Of a DNA stretch of 34,032 bases, positions 5,897-16,136 are shown in pieces. A program made the position numbers and the translations under genes. Below the pieces are notes generated by a model, which did no database searches, was not told the DNA's origin, and worked only from the letters and a program-made list of their open reading frames with translations. The DNA lies in the IMG/VR virus record IMGVR_UViG_3300012948_000011, positions 1-34,032 of that record; one strand, given 5' to 3'. How positions within the stretch are numbered: position 1 is the first letter of the stretch; every line of letters begins with the position of its first letter. This DNA comes from a virus. Lineage: Duplodnaviria > Caudoviricetes.

Positions 5897-7431
5897 CAGA
5901 CGAACAGGTCTGGCATCCACACCCGGGCCCGCAGACCGTCTTCCTGCAGTCGGCCGCATACGAAGTCTTATATGGCGGCCAGGCGGGCGGTGGGAAGTCC
6001 GACGCCTTGCTCTACGGCGGGCTGCGCCAGATCGAACACCCGCAGTACAAAGCGCTCATCCTGCGCCGCACCTTCCCCGAGCTGCGCGAGCTGATCGATC
6101 GCTCACTCGCGACCTTCCCGCTGGCCGGCGGCGTGTGGAACGAACGCGATCATCGCTGGGTCTTCCCAACCGGCGCGAGCTACCAATTCGGCTACTGCGG
6201 CACCTACGCCGAAGCGTTGCAGTACCAGGGCCAACAATACACGTGGATCGGATATGACGAGCTGGGTCAGCTCGCCGAAGAGCGCGTCTGGTTGTACCTG
6301 ATGTCCAGGAACCGTGCCGCCGCCCCGGGGCTCGTGCGGATGATGCGAGCGTCCGCCAACCCGGGCGGTCCGGGCCACGCGTGGATCAAACGCCGGTTCA
6401 TCGCCCGCTGCCCCAACGATGGCCGCGCCGTCGAGGTGGAAGCCGACAACAACCGCAAGGTCAAAACCACCCGCGCCTTCGTCAAAGCCACCCTCCGTGA
6501 CAACCCGACGCTGATGAGCGCGGACCCGGACTACGAGACCCGACTCGCCCTCTTGCCAGAACTCGAATACCGCTGGCTCGCCTTGGGCGACTGGGACGCC
6601 GGCGCGGGCCTCGGCCTCGAGGAGCTGCAGCGCGACAAACATCTCATTCCAGTTCTTGAACGAGTGCCCTCACATTGGACGATCTTCGGCGCGTTTGACT
6701 GGGGCTATGAGCACCCGTTCGCCTTCGGGATCTTCGGCGTCGATGGCTCTGGCTTCGTGATGCTGCTCGATACCGTCGGCGGCCGCCACCTCCAGCCGCC
6801 CGAGATCGCGATGCGCGTGCTCGATCGGCTCGAGGCGCTCGGCATTGCGCGCGGACGGCTCCGCTACACGGCGGCCGGACACGACTGCTGGATCACCGAC
6901 CACAAGACGCGCTATGAGAACGTCCCGACGATCGCCGAGGAGTTCGCGAAGCTCGGGATCCCGCTCCGTCGGGCGAACATCGCGCGCATCTCCGGCGTGC
7001 AAAACTTCCGCCGCTACATCCGATGGAAGGAACGGTTCGCGCTCGAGGCCAAGGAGCGCGAGATCCCCCCGCGATTCACGATCTGTAATACACCGGCCAA
7101 CCGCCGGGTGTACGAGTGCCTCGAGACGCGCATCTCGGACCCGGACGATCCCGAAGACATCCTGAAGACGGATGCCAACGAGCGCGGCGAAGGCGGTGAC
7201 GACGCCTACGATATGGTGCGCTACGGCCTGGCGTCCCGACCGATCGTGCCCGCGCTCCAACCCGCAGCGCAGACCAAGGAAGTGGACCACGCGCCGCACT
7301 TCGATTTCCAGCGCCGGAAGTTCGATCGCGTCTCGCCGCGCGCGGAACTCGAGTCCTACTTCGCCGACACCGGCCGGCCGAAGAATGCGGCACCGGTCGT
7401 CCACCGTCTCCCCTCGAGAACGCGCCGATGA
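5893..7431 (+). CDS. terL: Terminase large subunit
   Basis: PHPGPQ adenine-binding motif, Walker A GGQAGGGKS, Walker B IGYDE, coupling motif ASANPGG, nuclease motifs FDWG and DDAYDMVRY; start at ATG 5893. Confidence 0.95.
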   Translation: MTDEQVWHPHPGPQTVFLQSAAYEVLYGGQAGGGKSDALLYGGLRQIEHPQYKALILRRTFPELRELIDRSLATFPLAGGVWNERDHRWVFPTGASYQFGYCGTYAEALQYQGQQYTWIGYDELGQLAEERVWLYLMSRNRAAAPGLVRMMRASANPGGPGHAWIKRRFIARCPNDGRAVEVEADNNRKVKTTRAFVKATLRDNPTLMSADPDYETRLALLPELEYRWLALGDWDAGAGLGLEELQRDKHLIPVLERVPSHWTIFGAFDWGYEHPFAFGIFGVDGSGFVMLLDTVGGRHLQPPEIAMRVLDRLEALGIARGRLRYTAAGHDCWITDHKTRYENVPTIAEEFAKLGIPLRRANIARISGVQNFRRYIRWKERFALEAKEREIPPRFTICNTPANRRVYECLETRISDPDDPEDILKTDANERGEGGDDAYDMVRYGLASRPIVPALQPAAQTKEVDHAPHFDFQRRKFDRVSPRAELESYFADTGRPKNAAPVVHRLPSRTRR

Positions 7432-7805
7432 ACGACGTCACCAATCGGCCCCGCTCCGCCGGGCGCCGGATCCAGTGGACGCAGCTCTCCAAGCTCGCCC
7501 TCCGCCCCGACTGGACCCGCGTGAATGCTGGCGGCGACCGCCTGCCGCCGATGCCGCCCAACACGCGCTTCTACGGCTCTGAGCAATCGCACTGCACGGT
7601 GATGGTGAGCCGCACGGAGGAATTCGGCTGGCACATCTCCGTCGCGCATCCCTTCCGGCACCCGACCTGGAACGAAATCGCCAGCGCGCGTTACGCGCTC
7701 GTGCCCAACGACGTGGTCATGGTCATGGTGCTCCCGCCCGAAGAGGAATACGTAAACTTGCATGAGCATTGTTTTCACCTTCACCAGTGCCAGTGCCCAC
7801 GATGA
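7428..7805 (+). CDS. Conserved phage hypothetical protein
   Basis: GWHISV..RHPTWNEI..PPEEEYVNLHEHCFHLH pattern is common in phage proteins (from memory). Confidence 0.8.
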   Translation: MNDVTNRPRSAGRRIQWTQLSKLALRPDWTRVNAGGDRLPPMPPNTRFYGSEQSHCTVMVSRTEEFGWHISVAHPFRHPTWNEIASARYALVPNDVVMVMVLPPEEEYVNLHEHCFHLHQCQCPR

Positions 7806-7814
7806 GAGGCTCAC

Positions 7815-8174
7815 ATGGCTGAATGGATCTGCCGCAAGTGCGGCCAACGGCACAGCGCCCAGCAGTGGCTCCTGAACGCCGAGAAGAAATGCCACGGCTG
7901 TGGCTCGCTCACCGTCACGCCCGACAACGATCCGACCTACACGCCGGAGGCGCCAACGGCCGCCGCCTCCGTGACGGAGACGCTCGGACCGCCCCTGCCG
8001 GACCGTACGCCGCCGCCGGAGCCGGACGAATCGGACGATGAGGACGATGAAGACGAGAAAGAAGACGAGAACGGCGAGAGCGAAGAGGAGGAGATCCGCA
8101 AAGAGCGGGTCAAGCTCGCCGAAGCGCGGCGCCGAGAAATCAAAGCCAAACCCAAACCGAAGAAACGGAAATGA
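7815..8174 (+). CDS. Zinc-ribbon protein with acidic tract and basic tail
   Basis: CRKC..CHGC; D/E-rich middle; K/R-rich end; GAGAGG RBS. Confidence 0.75.
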   Translation: MAEWICRKCGQRHSAQQWLLNAEKKCHGCGSLTVTPDNDPTYTPEAPTAAASVTETLGPPLPDRTPPPEPDESDDEDDEDEKEDENGESEEEEIRKERVKLAEARRREIKAKPKPKKRK

Positions 8175-8575
8175 AATGGCCGTGGGTGTCCCGATCGACC
8201 TACGACGAGCTGAATCGCATCGCCGACCGAGCGATCCAACAGACCGCCGAGGCGATCCATATGGCCGAGCGGGCGAACGCGCTGACCACCACGGCCTTCG
8301 TCACGCTCGATCGGATCGCCGCGCCGCGTCCAGCCCCGGAGGGTCAAGCTCGTAACCCATTACCCCTCGCCACCCCGGAACGGAACGACGTGACCGAGGC
8401 GATCGAGCTGGCGTCCGGCAACGATCGCGGCCTCGCGCGGCATCTCACCCGATGGGCAAAACAGCAGGCGCTGGACGGCATGCGAGAGCGAGAGATCATT
8501 CAGTCGATTCTGCATTGGCCCCGCGCCACCGAGTGGGACGGGGAGCCGGATGATGTTCCAGAGCCCTTGTGGTAA
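8171..8575 (+). CDS. Hypothetical protein (134 aa)
   Basis: ATGA coupling. Confidence 0.75.
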   Translation: MKWPWVSRSTYDELNRIADRAIQQTAEAIHMAERANALTTTAFVTLDRIAAPRPAPEGQARNPLPLATPERNDVTEAIELASGNDRGLARHLTRWAKQQALDGMREREIIQSILHWPRATEWDGEPDDVPEPLW

Positions 8576-8578
8576 AGA

Positions 8579-8594
8579 GGTTACAGACATAACC
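8579..8594. promoter_or_regulatory. Operator-like palindrome GGTTACAGACATAACC
   Basis: Fills a short intergenic gap; AGGTTA..TAACCT dyad. Confidence 0.65.
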
Positions 8595-8604
8595 TGGGGG
8601 CATT

Positions 8605-8829
8605 GTGCACGCGTTCACCGACTGGATCGCGAGTCTGCTGGGCACGGCCAGCGTGCCGGCCATTCTTGTCGGCATCGCCTGGCGCTATCGCGCGAAGCTG
8701 TTCGCGCTCTTGGAAAAGATGCTCGCCGAACGACTCGATGCGGTCGTGATGAATACCGAGATCGGCAAGCGCACGAAGGATATCGACGACAAGCTGAGCA
8801 AGCTGCTCGCGGACAAACGACGCTACTAA
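8605..8829 (+). CDS. Single-TM plus coiled-coil protein (holin-like)
   Basis: GGGGG before GTG; N-terminal hydrophobic helix and charged C-terminus. Confidence 0.6.
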   Translation: MHAFTDWIASLLGTASVPAILVGIAWRYRAKLFALLEKMLAERLDAVVMNTEIGKRTKDIDDKLSKLLADKRRY

Positions 8830-8844
8830 CCAGGAGCGCGTGCG

Positions 8845-9030
8845 ATGAGCGCCTTTACGGACAACCTGAGAAGCCTACAGACCCAGTTGGAGACGTTTCG
8901 TGCCAATCTGGACACACAAATCCGTCCGCAGGAATTCGCGGCGAGCACGTTGGGGTCTGGCCCCATCGACCGGAAGATACGGGAAGCGCAAGCGCTGCTG
9001 AACCACTTGATCCTGATGACGCCTCCATAG
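8845..9030 (+). CDS. Hypothetical protein (61 aa)
   Basis: AGGAG RBS. Confidence 0.7.
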   Translation: MSAFTDNLRSLQTQLETFRANLDTQIRPQEFAASTLGSGPIDRKIREAQALLNHLILMTPP

Positions 9031-9133
9031 AAACCGGCAATTCAACTTCTTGTAATTCCCAGGCTTTTGGCATGAGTCCATAGCACCCACGTCTAACGGG
9101 CTTGGCACACCGCTCTTCGGTCTCGATGCAGCG

Positions 9134-11845
9134 ATGGCCTCGATCCCGCTCGCAGAAGCGCCACGCGGCGGCGTGGACTCGGGCTTCGATGGAACCTTTG
9201 GCGCGAAAGCAGCGGCAAAGGTTGCCCCGCAGCCCGGAACCCCGGCGTTGCCCGCTGGCTCGGCACCGGACGCGAACGCCGGGTTGGGACCGATGTTGGA
9301 AGCGGACGATGAAACGCTCTTCCGCTCCGTCCACAACTTGGTCCTGCGGCAAGAACGCCTCGTGCGCAACCGCCTCGCGCTCGACGTGCATTGGACGCGG
9401 ATCCGCCAAGGGTTCGCGTGGTCACGACTCTCGAAGGTGCAGGACCAGGACGTCTGGCGCGCCGAGTTCGCGCCCGGCGCCGACAACTCAAACGCCGTTC
9501 CCAACAAGGCGGCCGACCTGTGTTCCAAGATTGTGGAAACACTCATGGTCGATCCGCCAGCGCCCGACCCGCATGCGATCGATCTCGGTGAAACTGCCCA
9601 GCGCGCCGCTGAGATGGCGCGTCAATTCTTGGAATTGGATGCGGGCGATGTCGGGACGAACGACAATCACGTGTTCTGGAATGCGCTCGATGGGTCGATG
9701 GTCCGCGCGTCCAGTTTTATTCACGTCTGGTGTGATACGACCGGTGGCGGCTACGTCCCACTGCAGATCAAGGCTCACCCCCTTGCCCAAGATCCGAACC
9801 AGCCGGACGTAGCCGTCAGTCAGCTGACCGGCGCCCCGCTGCCGGCGGCCGATCCCATCCTCCGCTATGTCGCGACCGACGAGCAAGGACAGATGGTGCA
9901 GTTCGTTCGGGACGCGAGCCAGGCCGGCCAGCAATGGCTGCCGCGCCTCCGGTGCGATGTCCTGAACCGCGAGCACGTCCGCACGTTCCCGGAGACGGTC
10001 CCGGTGCACGATGCGGAAATGGTCATCATACTTTACTACTCGACCCTTGGCGAAGCGAAGCGCCGCTGGCCGGATGCCATCGCCACGCTCGACGAGCGGC
10101 AGCTCGGGGCGCTCTGCGACTGGGTGCCGAACCGCTACCTCGCGATCTTGCCGCCCGCGCTCCGCGCCCGATGGAAGCTCGCCACAGGCGGGAAGGGCGA
10201 TGTGCCGGGCGGCTCGGACGATGAGCGGTTGATGTTCTACTACCATGTGTACCGTCGCGCGACCCCGGCCACGATCGGCCAATATCGGGGCTATCCCAAG
10301 GGCGCAGAAATCGTCGTGTCGGGGGCGTTCGGCGGTTTCACGATCTATAAAGACACGCTGAGCGCGCTCGTCCGGCTTCCGACCGGTGGCAAAGAAGAGC
10401 GGTGCATGGAGATGCCGATCGTGCAGCTCACGCCGCGCATGGATCCGGATGACCGCGATCCCACCGGCTTCGCGACGATCGCGCTCTTCGGCGGCGCCCA
10501 CGAAGCGAGCAACACCCTCTTGGTGAGCTACCTCGAGGCGCTCGATACGATTCTCCATCCGGCGAAGTTCATTCCCTCGACGTCGCCGGTCCAAGGCTGG
10601 CAGATCGAGCAGTCACGCGGCACCGGAACGCCCGTGCCCGTGCTCTCTCGAGAGGACTATCCGCACTACGAAGACCCTCGCCCCTTGCCGCCCGGCTTGA
10701 TCCAGACCGTCGCGTGGAACTACTCACAGATGGAGTCGGCGTCCGGGCTCACCAAGCCCGCGATGGGCGCGAATGATCAGCAAGAAGTCTCGGGCATTTC
10801 GCGCAATATCGCCGTGCGGCAAGCGATGGTCGCGCTCTCGCGTTCGGCGCAGGCCACGATGAATGCGTGGTCCCGCTTCTGGCGCATCAAGCTGCAGCTC
10901 GTGGTCAAGCACTTCAAAGCACCGCAGCTCATCCACTACGTCGGCGAAGACGGCAGTTATAAGGAAGAGTGGTTCCGGGGCAATGACTTCGCGGTCATCG
11001 ATCGCGTGTCGATCCAGGCCGGCACCGGCACGATGATGCCGCCCGCCGAGAAGCAGCAAGCAACGGCGTTCGCGCAGCAGATGCGCTGGATCTCGCCCGA
11101 CGAAGCCGCCGAGATCGCACGGCCCACCTTCGCCGACGCGTTGGGCATTGCGGATTCCCCGCACGAGCAACGCATCGAGCGGCAGGTCTCGCTCTGGCTC
11201 AAGGGCATGCCCTATCCGGAGTGGGCGCAGGAGTGGGATCAGTACGCACAGCAGAAGCAGCTCTACGACCAGCTGCAGCAGCAGTACCAACAGGCGGCGC
11301 AGCAGTACCAGCTCGCCGCGCAGTACCACGCGATCGTCGCGGGCGGTCCGCCGCCGAACAATCTCGGGCCGGAGTCGCAGAACGCGACCGCGATGAACGC
11401 CTACCAGATGGCGGTCATCAACGCGAACGCGAATCCGCTGCCGCCCGCGCCACCCATGCCACCGCAGATGCCGCCGCCCCAGATGCCATGGACGCCGTTC
11501 GCGTTCGTGCTCCCGAACGACACCGAACCCGAGATCTCGCAAATCCGGAAACGGCGGATCTCGAACCTGCTCTCCACGACGGAATTCTCCCGGCAGCCAC
11601 CGCAGTGGCAACAGCCGGTGCTCGACGAGTACACGAAGATGCGCCAGGCCGCCGCGATCGGCTTCCCGAGCGCGCAAGCCGCGCAGCAAGCGCAGAACGC
11701 GAACACGCCTTCGGGCGCGGCGGCTGGGATGACCGCCTTCCAGCCGAACGCCACCCCACAAGCACAGAGTGCCGGCGCGGGCGTGCCGACCACGCCCACG
11801 AACATGCAACAGCAATCCCCGGGTCGCCCGGTCACGGCCGGTTAG
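9134..11845 (+). CDS. Portal protein with long Q/P-rich C-terminal extension
   Basis: Largest ORF, between TerL and scaffold/capsid; portal-like MESASGL..SGI..NIA segment; Gln-rich helical tail. Confidence 0.8.
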   Translation: MASIPLAEAPRGGVDSGFDGTFGAKAAAKVAPQPGTPALPAGSAPDANAGLGPMLEADDETLFRSVHNLVLRQERLVRNRLALDVHWTRIRQGFAWSRLSKVQDQDVWRAEFAPGADNSNAVPNKAADLCSKIVETLMVDPPAPDPHAIDLGETAQRAAEMARQFLELDAGDVGTNDNHVFWNALDGSMVRASSFIHVWCDTTGGGYVPLQIKAHPLAQDPNQPDVAVSQLTGAPLPAADPILRYVATDEQGQMVQFVRDASQAGQQWLPRLRCDVLNREHVRTFPETVPVHDAEMVIILYYSTLGEAKRRWPDAIATLDERQLGALCDWVPNRYLAILPPALRARWKLATGGKGDVPGGSDDERLMFYYHVYRRATPATIGQYRGYPKGAEIVVSGAFGGFTIYKDTLSALVRLPTGGKEERCMEMPIVQLTPRMDPDDRDPTGFATIALFGGAHEASNTLLVSYLEALDTILHPAKFIPSTSPVQGWQIEQSRGTGTPVPVLSREDYPHYEDPRPLPPGLIQTVAWNYSQMESASGLTKPAMGANDQQEVSGISRNIAVRQAMVALSRSAQATMNAWSRFWRIKLQLVVKHFKAPQLIHYVGEDGSYKEEWFRGNDFAVIDRVSIQAGTGTMMPPAEKQQATAFAQQMRWISPDEAAEIARPTFADALGIADSPHEQRIERQVSLWLKGMPYPEWAQEWDQYAQQKQLYDQLQQQYQQAAQQYQLAAQYHAIVAGGPPPNNLGPESQNATAMNAYQMAVINANANPLPPAPPMPPQMPPPQMPWTPFAFVLPNDTEPEISQIRKRRISNLLSTTEFSRQPPQWQQPVLDEYTKMRQAAAIGFPSAQAAQQAQNANTPSGAAAGMTAFQPNATPQAQSAGAGVPTTPTNMQQQSPGRPVTAG

Positions 11846-11854
11846 GAGACTCTT

Positions 11855-12283
11855 ATGGCATTTCTCTCACGAGCGATGCAGGGCCTGGCCGCACAGGCGT
11901 TCCCGCAGGGAACCGGAGGCATGACGGCGTTACCCGCGTCCGGCGCCATCGCGCGGCTGCTGAGCAGTGGGCTCGGGAGTAGTGTGTCGAGTCCCCCGAG
12001 CACGGCACCCGGCGCGAGCATCCGCCAAACGCCGGACATCAATCCCGCGTCGTTGCAACCGGGGACAGGTGGCGCGCTCGGCCATCTGGCACGGCTGCTC
12101 CAAGGCGGCGCCTTCGAGACGCCGACGGAGGGGCGCATGACCGGCACGGCAGGGATCGGCAACACCATCGGTCGTGCGGCTGGACTGCTGAACGGTGGGA
12201 TCGGTCAGATGCCGCAAGGCGTGCAGGGATTCCGCGCGCCGGTTCCACTGCGGCCACGCGTCATGGCCTTAACAGGACTGTGA
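11855..12283 (+). CDS. Gly/Ala-rich hypothetical protein
   Basis: AGGAG RBS; operon context. Confidence 0.65.
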   Translation: MAFLSRAMQGLAAQAFPQGTGGMTALPASGAIARLLSSGLGSSVSSPPSTAPGASIRQTPDINPASLQPGTGGALGHLARLLQGGAFETPTEGRMTGTAGIGNTIGRAAGLLNGGIGQMPQGVQGFRAPVPLRPRVMALTGL

Positions 12284-12284
12284 T

Positions 12285-12509
12285 ATGCCGCTTCGAGAAG
12301 GAAGTTCTAATAAGACGGTTTCCGAGAACATCCGCACGGAAATGCATGCGGGGAAACCGCAGCAGCAGGCCATCGCGATCGCCATGAGCAAGGCGGGCCG
12401 TGCGCGCGACCCCAAACGGAAAACACGACCACGCTCCGCGCGGCGATTCACGAATGCCGTGCGCGAGGTGCAGAGCGACCGACTCCACCGGGCCTTAACG
12501 CGAGACTAA
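12285..12509 (+). CDS. Small basic conserved phage protein
   Basis: [33 protein letters not shown] resembles a common head-module family (from memory). Confidence 0.8.
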   Translation: MPLREGSSNKTVSENIRTEMHAGKPQQQAIAIAMSKAGRARDPKRKTRPRSARRFTNAVREVQSDRLHRALTRD

Positions 12510-12510
12510 T

Positions 12511-13038
12511 ATGGCTTCTCATAATCCGAATAATCCGAGCGGGCGCTTTGGTGGCGGGGTGGGCCGAGGCGTCCAGAAAGAAGACGGGAAGTTCGGGAGC
12601 CGCGACACGGGTTCACCGAGTTTGCCGAAGGATGGCCGCCTGCAGCGCTCGGGGCGCGGACAGCCTGACTCCGCATCGCCCAGCATGAGTCAGACGCACG
12701 GGCAGAAGGCGCGCAATCGGCCGAACAGCGGCCGGCCGAAGAATCTCACCGGCTTCGATAAGAGTCGCGCGACAGGAACGCTCATTAACGATATCAGAAT
12801 CAAGCGGCTGCGCGCGTACATGCACAACCCGATGAAAACGTCGGGGGCGGAAGAGGACACGAATCGTCCGACCCAGCTCCCGAGCAAGCACATCGCCACG
12901 CATGGCGGGAACGATCGCGCCATTCCGCGCGACCGGACGACGCCGCCCGGCAAGACCACACGGCGCGATGAGTTCAATGATGCGCCGGAAAGCGGCACTG
13001 TGACGCGGCCGAAGAATCGGACGAGGGATAACGACTGA
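12511..13038 (+). CDS. Basic, probably disordered hypothetical protein
   Basis: Coupled to the scaffold gene (TGATG); rich in R, K, G and P. Confidence 0.65.
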   Translation: MASHNPNNPSGRFGGGVGRGVQKEDGKFGSRDTGSPSLPKDGRLQRSGRGQPDSASPSMSQTHGQKARNRPNSGRPKNLTGFDKSRATGTLINDIRIKRLRAYMHNPMKTSGAEEDTNRPTQLPSKHIATHGGNDRAIPRDRTTPPGKTTRRDEFNDAPESGTVTRPKNRTRDND

Positions 13039-14195
13039 TGACAGCGCCTGACACTACCGAAGATCCCACCCTCGCCGAAGCGTTTGGCGAGCTGTCGGAA
13101 GCGATCGTCGCGAATGAAGACGGGAACGCGGCGGCGCCGGCCAAGTCGGAGCCGGAGCCGGATGCGCCCGCGCCCGAGAAGGAGGCGCCACAGCCCGAGA
13201 AGGAAGAGCAACCGAAAGAGCAGCAACCAGACCAAGAGCAACAGCCGGGACAACAGCCCGCGACCGATCAGGCGTTGCCCGAGCGTCAGCCGCTCAACTA
13301 CACGGTGGATGGTCAAGCACGCGCGTTCGAGGGTGGCTTCATCATCCCCGGCCACGGCGCCATCATCTCCAATGACGCCTTGCCAAGATTACAAGACCGG
13401 TTACAACAGGCCGATCGCTTGGTGGCGCAGAATCAAACGCTGTACAACCAGACGCAGGAGTTCACGAAGCTCGGCGGACGCGCAGGCTACGACAAGCTGA
13501 ATGCGGAAAAGGCGATGCTGGACGCGTCGGCCACATTGCTCTTGAAAGCGCTGAGTGACGAGAATACGTTGATTTCGCTGGCGACCGATCCGATCGCTCG
13601 GCAACAATTGATCAAAGAAGTCCATCTCACGGCCCGCGAAGCGCAACAGCTGGCGCAACGCACGGCCATCGAGACGGCAGCGCGAGATCAGCAACAGAGC
13701 ACCGTCGCATCGCAGACGCAGACCGCGATCCACAATGCGGTGGGCTACCTCGCGCAGAATCTCCCAGGGCTCACGGTGGAGGACATTGCCTCCGTGCGCT
13801 CGCACGCCGCCAGAATGCACGCGGCCATCGTACGACCGGCGACCCCGGACGAGGCGCGTGAGGCGAGTGTCCCAGTTGGTTCTCCGATCATCGATCTGAA
13901 CCTGCTGGGCAGCTTGTTGGAAGATCGTCATGCGCTCCGGCAAAGCGTCTCGCAACAGCTCGAACGCCATCGGTCCGATGCGTTAGAGAACGCTGCGCGC
14001 GCCGCCGCTGCCGCACCGACGACCGTCGTCCCAAACGGCAAACCGCTGCCGAGCCGCGACCCGGCCAACGGACGGTTCACTGCCGCACGCCAGAATCAGA
14101 CGCCGCTCGATCAAATGTCGAGCGCGGAGATTACTCGCGCGATGAAATCTGGTCGGATCTACGACCTGATTTTGGACGACGACAACGATGAGTAA
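13038..14195 (+). CDS. Capsid scaffolding protein (putative)
   Basis: Acidic, P/Q-rich N-terminus and helical body; immediately upstream of the major capsid gene. Confidence 0.7.
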   Translation: MTAPDTTEDPTLAEAFGELSEAIVANEDGNAAAPAKSEPEPDAPAPEKEAPQPEKEEQPKEQQPDQEQQPGQQPATDQALPERQPLNYTVDGQARAFEGGFIIPGHGAIISNDALPRLQDRLQQADRLVAQNQTLYNQTQEFTKLGGRAGYDKLNAEKAMLDASATLLLKALSDENTLISLATDPIARQQLIKEVHLTAREAQQLAQRTAIETAARDQQQSTVASQTQTAIHNAVGYLAQNLPGLTVEDIASVRSHAARMHAAIVRPATPDEAREASVPVGSPIIDLNLLGSLLEDRHALRQSVSQQLERHRSDALENAARAAAAAPTTVVPNGKPLPSRDPANGRFTAARQNQTPLDQMSSAEITRAMKSGRIYDLILDDDNDE

Positions 14196-14256
14196 TCGCT
14201 CACGTCCACCAATCGCCTAGTCCCACGCCGCGCGCGGAGTCGCGCAGAGTCGTTCC

Positions 14257-15558
14257 GTGGCAGTCGCAAATCCCCCATCAATTACCACCGTTCAGTCGCT
14301 TGCCAGTTTGTACCGCAAGACGAACACGGCGGTGAAGGTTGCGCTGAAAAGAAAGACCGAAGAATACGATTGGTTCGATGATTACCCGGATGAGCTGATC
14401 ACGCCGTCCGGCAATGAGATGAGAATCGTGCTGGACGTGATGTACCAGCCGGATCTCACCGCGATGATCCCAGACGGTGGCTGGGAAGCACAGCTCACCA
14501 CCGCACCGCCGCAGAACGGGGTGTTCACGTTCGTGCAGGCGAACTTCCGCTACTCGTTCACGACGCTCGAGCAGGCCTTCGATGCGCGTGGGCGCGCGGG
14601 CATGATCCAGCGCCAGACACTGTACTCGGCGATCAAGTGCGTCGAGAACTTCGCGCGCAAGATCGGCAAGCAGACCTACGGCTTCTCGACCGGCACCGTC
14701 GCCGTCGTGAAAACCACGGCCGGCGCGGCGGGCACGACGCAGAACGGCCTCGCCATCCAGAACGCGTACGGCTCGACGCTGATCGCGGGCGGCACCGTCG
14801 CCCAGAACACGTACCTCTCGAATCTGTTCCGCAATGGCGACCCCATTGCCCTGATTCGCGGTGGCGTGCTCGTCGAGTTCGGCATGGTCACGGCTTCGCC
14901 GTCCATTGCCTCGGGCGTCGGCTTCATCGACACCACGTTCAATTCGTCCATCACGCCGACCGCTGGCGACTTGATCGTCCCGGCCGCCGCTGTCACGGAC
15001 AACACGCTCACCGCTACGGACCAGAACCGCTGGCCGGTGGGATTCCTCGATGGGCTCACCTCGCCGTCGGTGCACGGTCTGGCCACAGCCACGGCCCCGA
15101 ACTGGAAGCCGGGCTACGCCTACACGGCGGGCGGCCGGCTCTCGTACGCGCTGCAAGAAGCGCTCATTAACAATCTCTGGAACAACGGCGGCGTGAAGAT
15201 GAATCGCGCCATCATGTCCCAGGGGGTCCGGCGCGACGTCATCGCGGGCGAGCGCGCAGCGCTCCGCTACAACGACAACACGCGGTTCAACCTGAACGGC
15301 GACATCTCGAGCGACGGCATCAAGTACATGACGTCGGTGCTCGCGCCGGCTGGAATGTTCATCGGGTGGAACAGCGACTGCATCTCGCAGAAGATCTTGA
15401 GCGACAAGCCGGACTATGAAGGTGGTCCGAGCATGTTCGATCTCGACAAGGTGCAGGACCGTGGGGCCTACGCAGCGTCGTACAACTTCGTGTACGCGCG
15501 CGTCTGGACGAACCGCGCAGGGACGGGCTACCTCGCGAACCTCACGGAGCAGCCCTAA
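14257..15558 (+). CDS. Major capsid protein
   Basis: 433 aa after the scaffold; composition and position fit an HK97-fold capsid protein; C-terminal NRAGTGYLANL pattern. Confidence 0.8.
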   Translation: MAVANPPSITTVQSLASLYRKTNTAVKVALKRKTEEYDWFDDYPDELITPSGNEMRIVLDVMYQPDLTAMIPDGGWEAQLTTAPPQNGVFTFVQANFRYSFTTLEQAFDARGRAGMIQRQTLYSAIKCVENFARKIGKQTYGFSTGTVAVVKTTAGAAGTTQNGLAIQNAYGSTLIAGGTVAQNTYLSNLFRNGDPIALIRGGVLVEFGMVTASPSIASGVGFIDTTFNSSITPTAGDLIVPAAAVTDNTLTATDQNRWPVGFLDGLTSPSVHGLATATAPNWKPGYAYTAGGRLSYALQEALINNLWNNGGVKMNRAIMSQGVRRDVIAGERAALRYNDNTRFNLNGDISSDGIKYMTSVLAPAGMFIGWNSDCISQKILSDKPDYEGGPSMFDLDKVQDRGAYAASYNFVYARVWTNRAGTGYLANLTEQP

Positions 15559-16136
15559 TGCCCATGAAGATCCTGAACGCGCGGGATGATATCCCACGCG
15601 CAGGCGCGAATCGGCAATCGGCCATTCTGGCGATTGCCAACGCGCTGTGGATGATCAATCACGTCGAGGGACTGGCGGCGCCGACGCTGGCGCCGTCACC
15701 CAGCGCCACGGCTCCGGTGCTGGTGTGGGACGGCTTCAAGTACGCGGGCGTCTCAGGCACCTGGGATTTCGCCGCCGCTGTGGCCGCCGAGCAGCTCACC
15801 GACGTGCCACCCTTCCGGCAGATGCGGTACATGCTGCTGCTCGACAAAGACGGCAACACGGCGATTTGGCCTGCCGTGCCGACGGAGTTGAACGAGCCAC
15901 AGCGCTGGGCGCCCAACCCCCTCGAAGCGTTTGCCAATGCGCTCAACTCAGGCACCGGCTACGCGTGCGCGGGGGTGCTGGTCGTTGTGAACGACACGGA
16001 GTTGCCGTGGACGCCAGGGACGGCATTCCCCACCGGGGGGACGTCCAACGCATTCACGATCGACGGCATCGACGGCCAGCAGATTTTCGCCGCTGCGCGC
16101 TCCGATGCGGCTGAACCGCTGTTGATGAATTTCTGA
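15558..16136 (+). CDS. Putative virion protein (capsid decoration-like)
   Basis: TAATG-coupled to the capsid gene; function inferred from position only. Confidence 0.55.
   Translation: MPMKILNARDDIPRAGANRQSAILAIANALWMINHVEGLAAPTLAPSPSATAPVLVWDGFKYAGVSGTWDFAAAVAAEQLTDVPPFRQMRYMLLLDKDGNTAIWPAVPTELNEPQRWAPNPLEAFANALNSGTGYACAGVLVVVNDTELPWTPGTAFPTGGTSNAFTIDGIDGQQIFAAARSDAAEPLLMNF

Noticed and set aside
14278-15597. Long minus-strand ORFs opposite the structural genes (also 9488-10594, 10724-11815, 23396-24481, 26772-27941)
   Set aside because: Antisense shadows expected from high-GC codon bias; no RBS or recognisable motifs.
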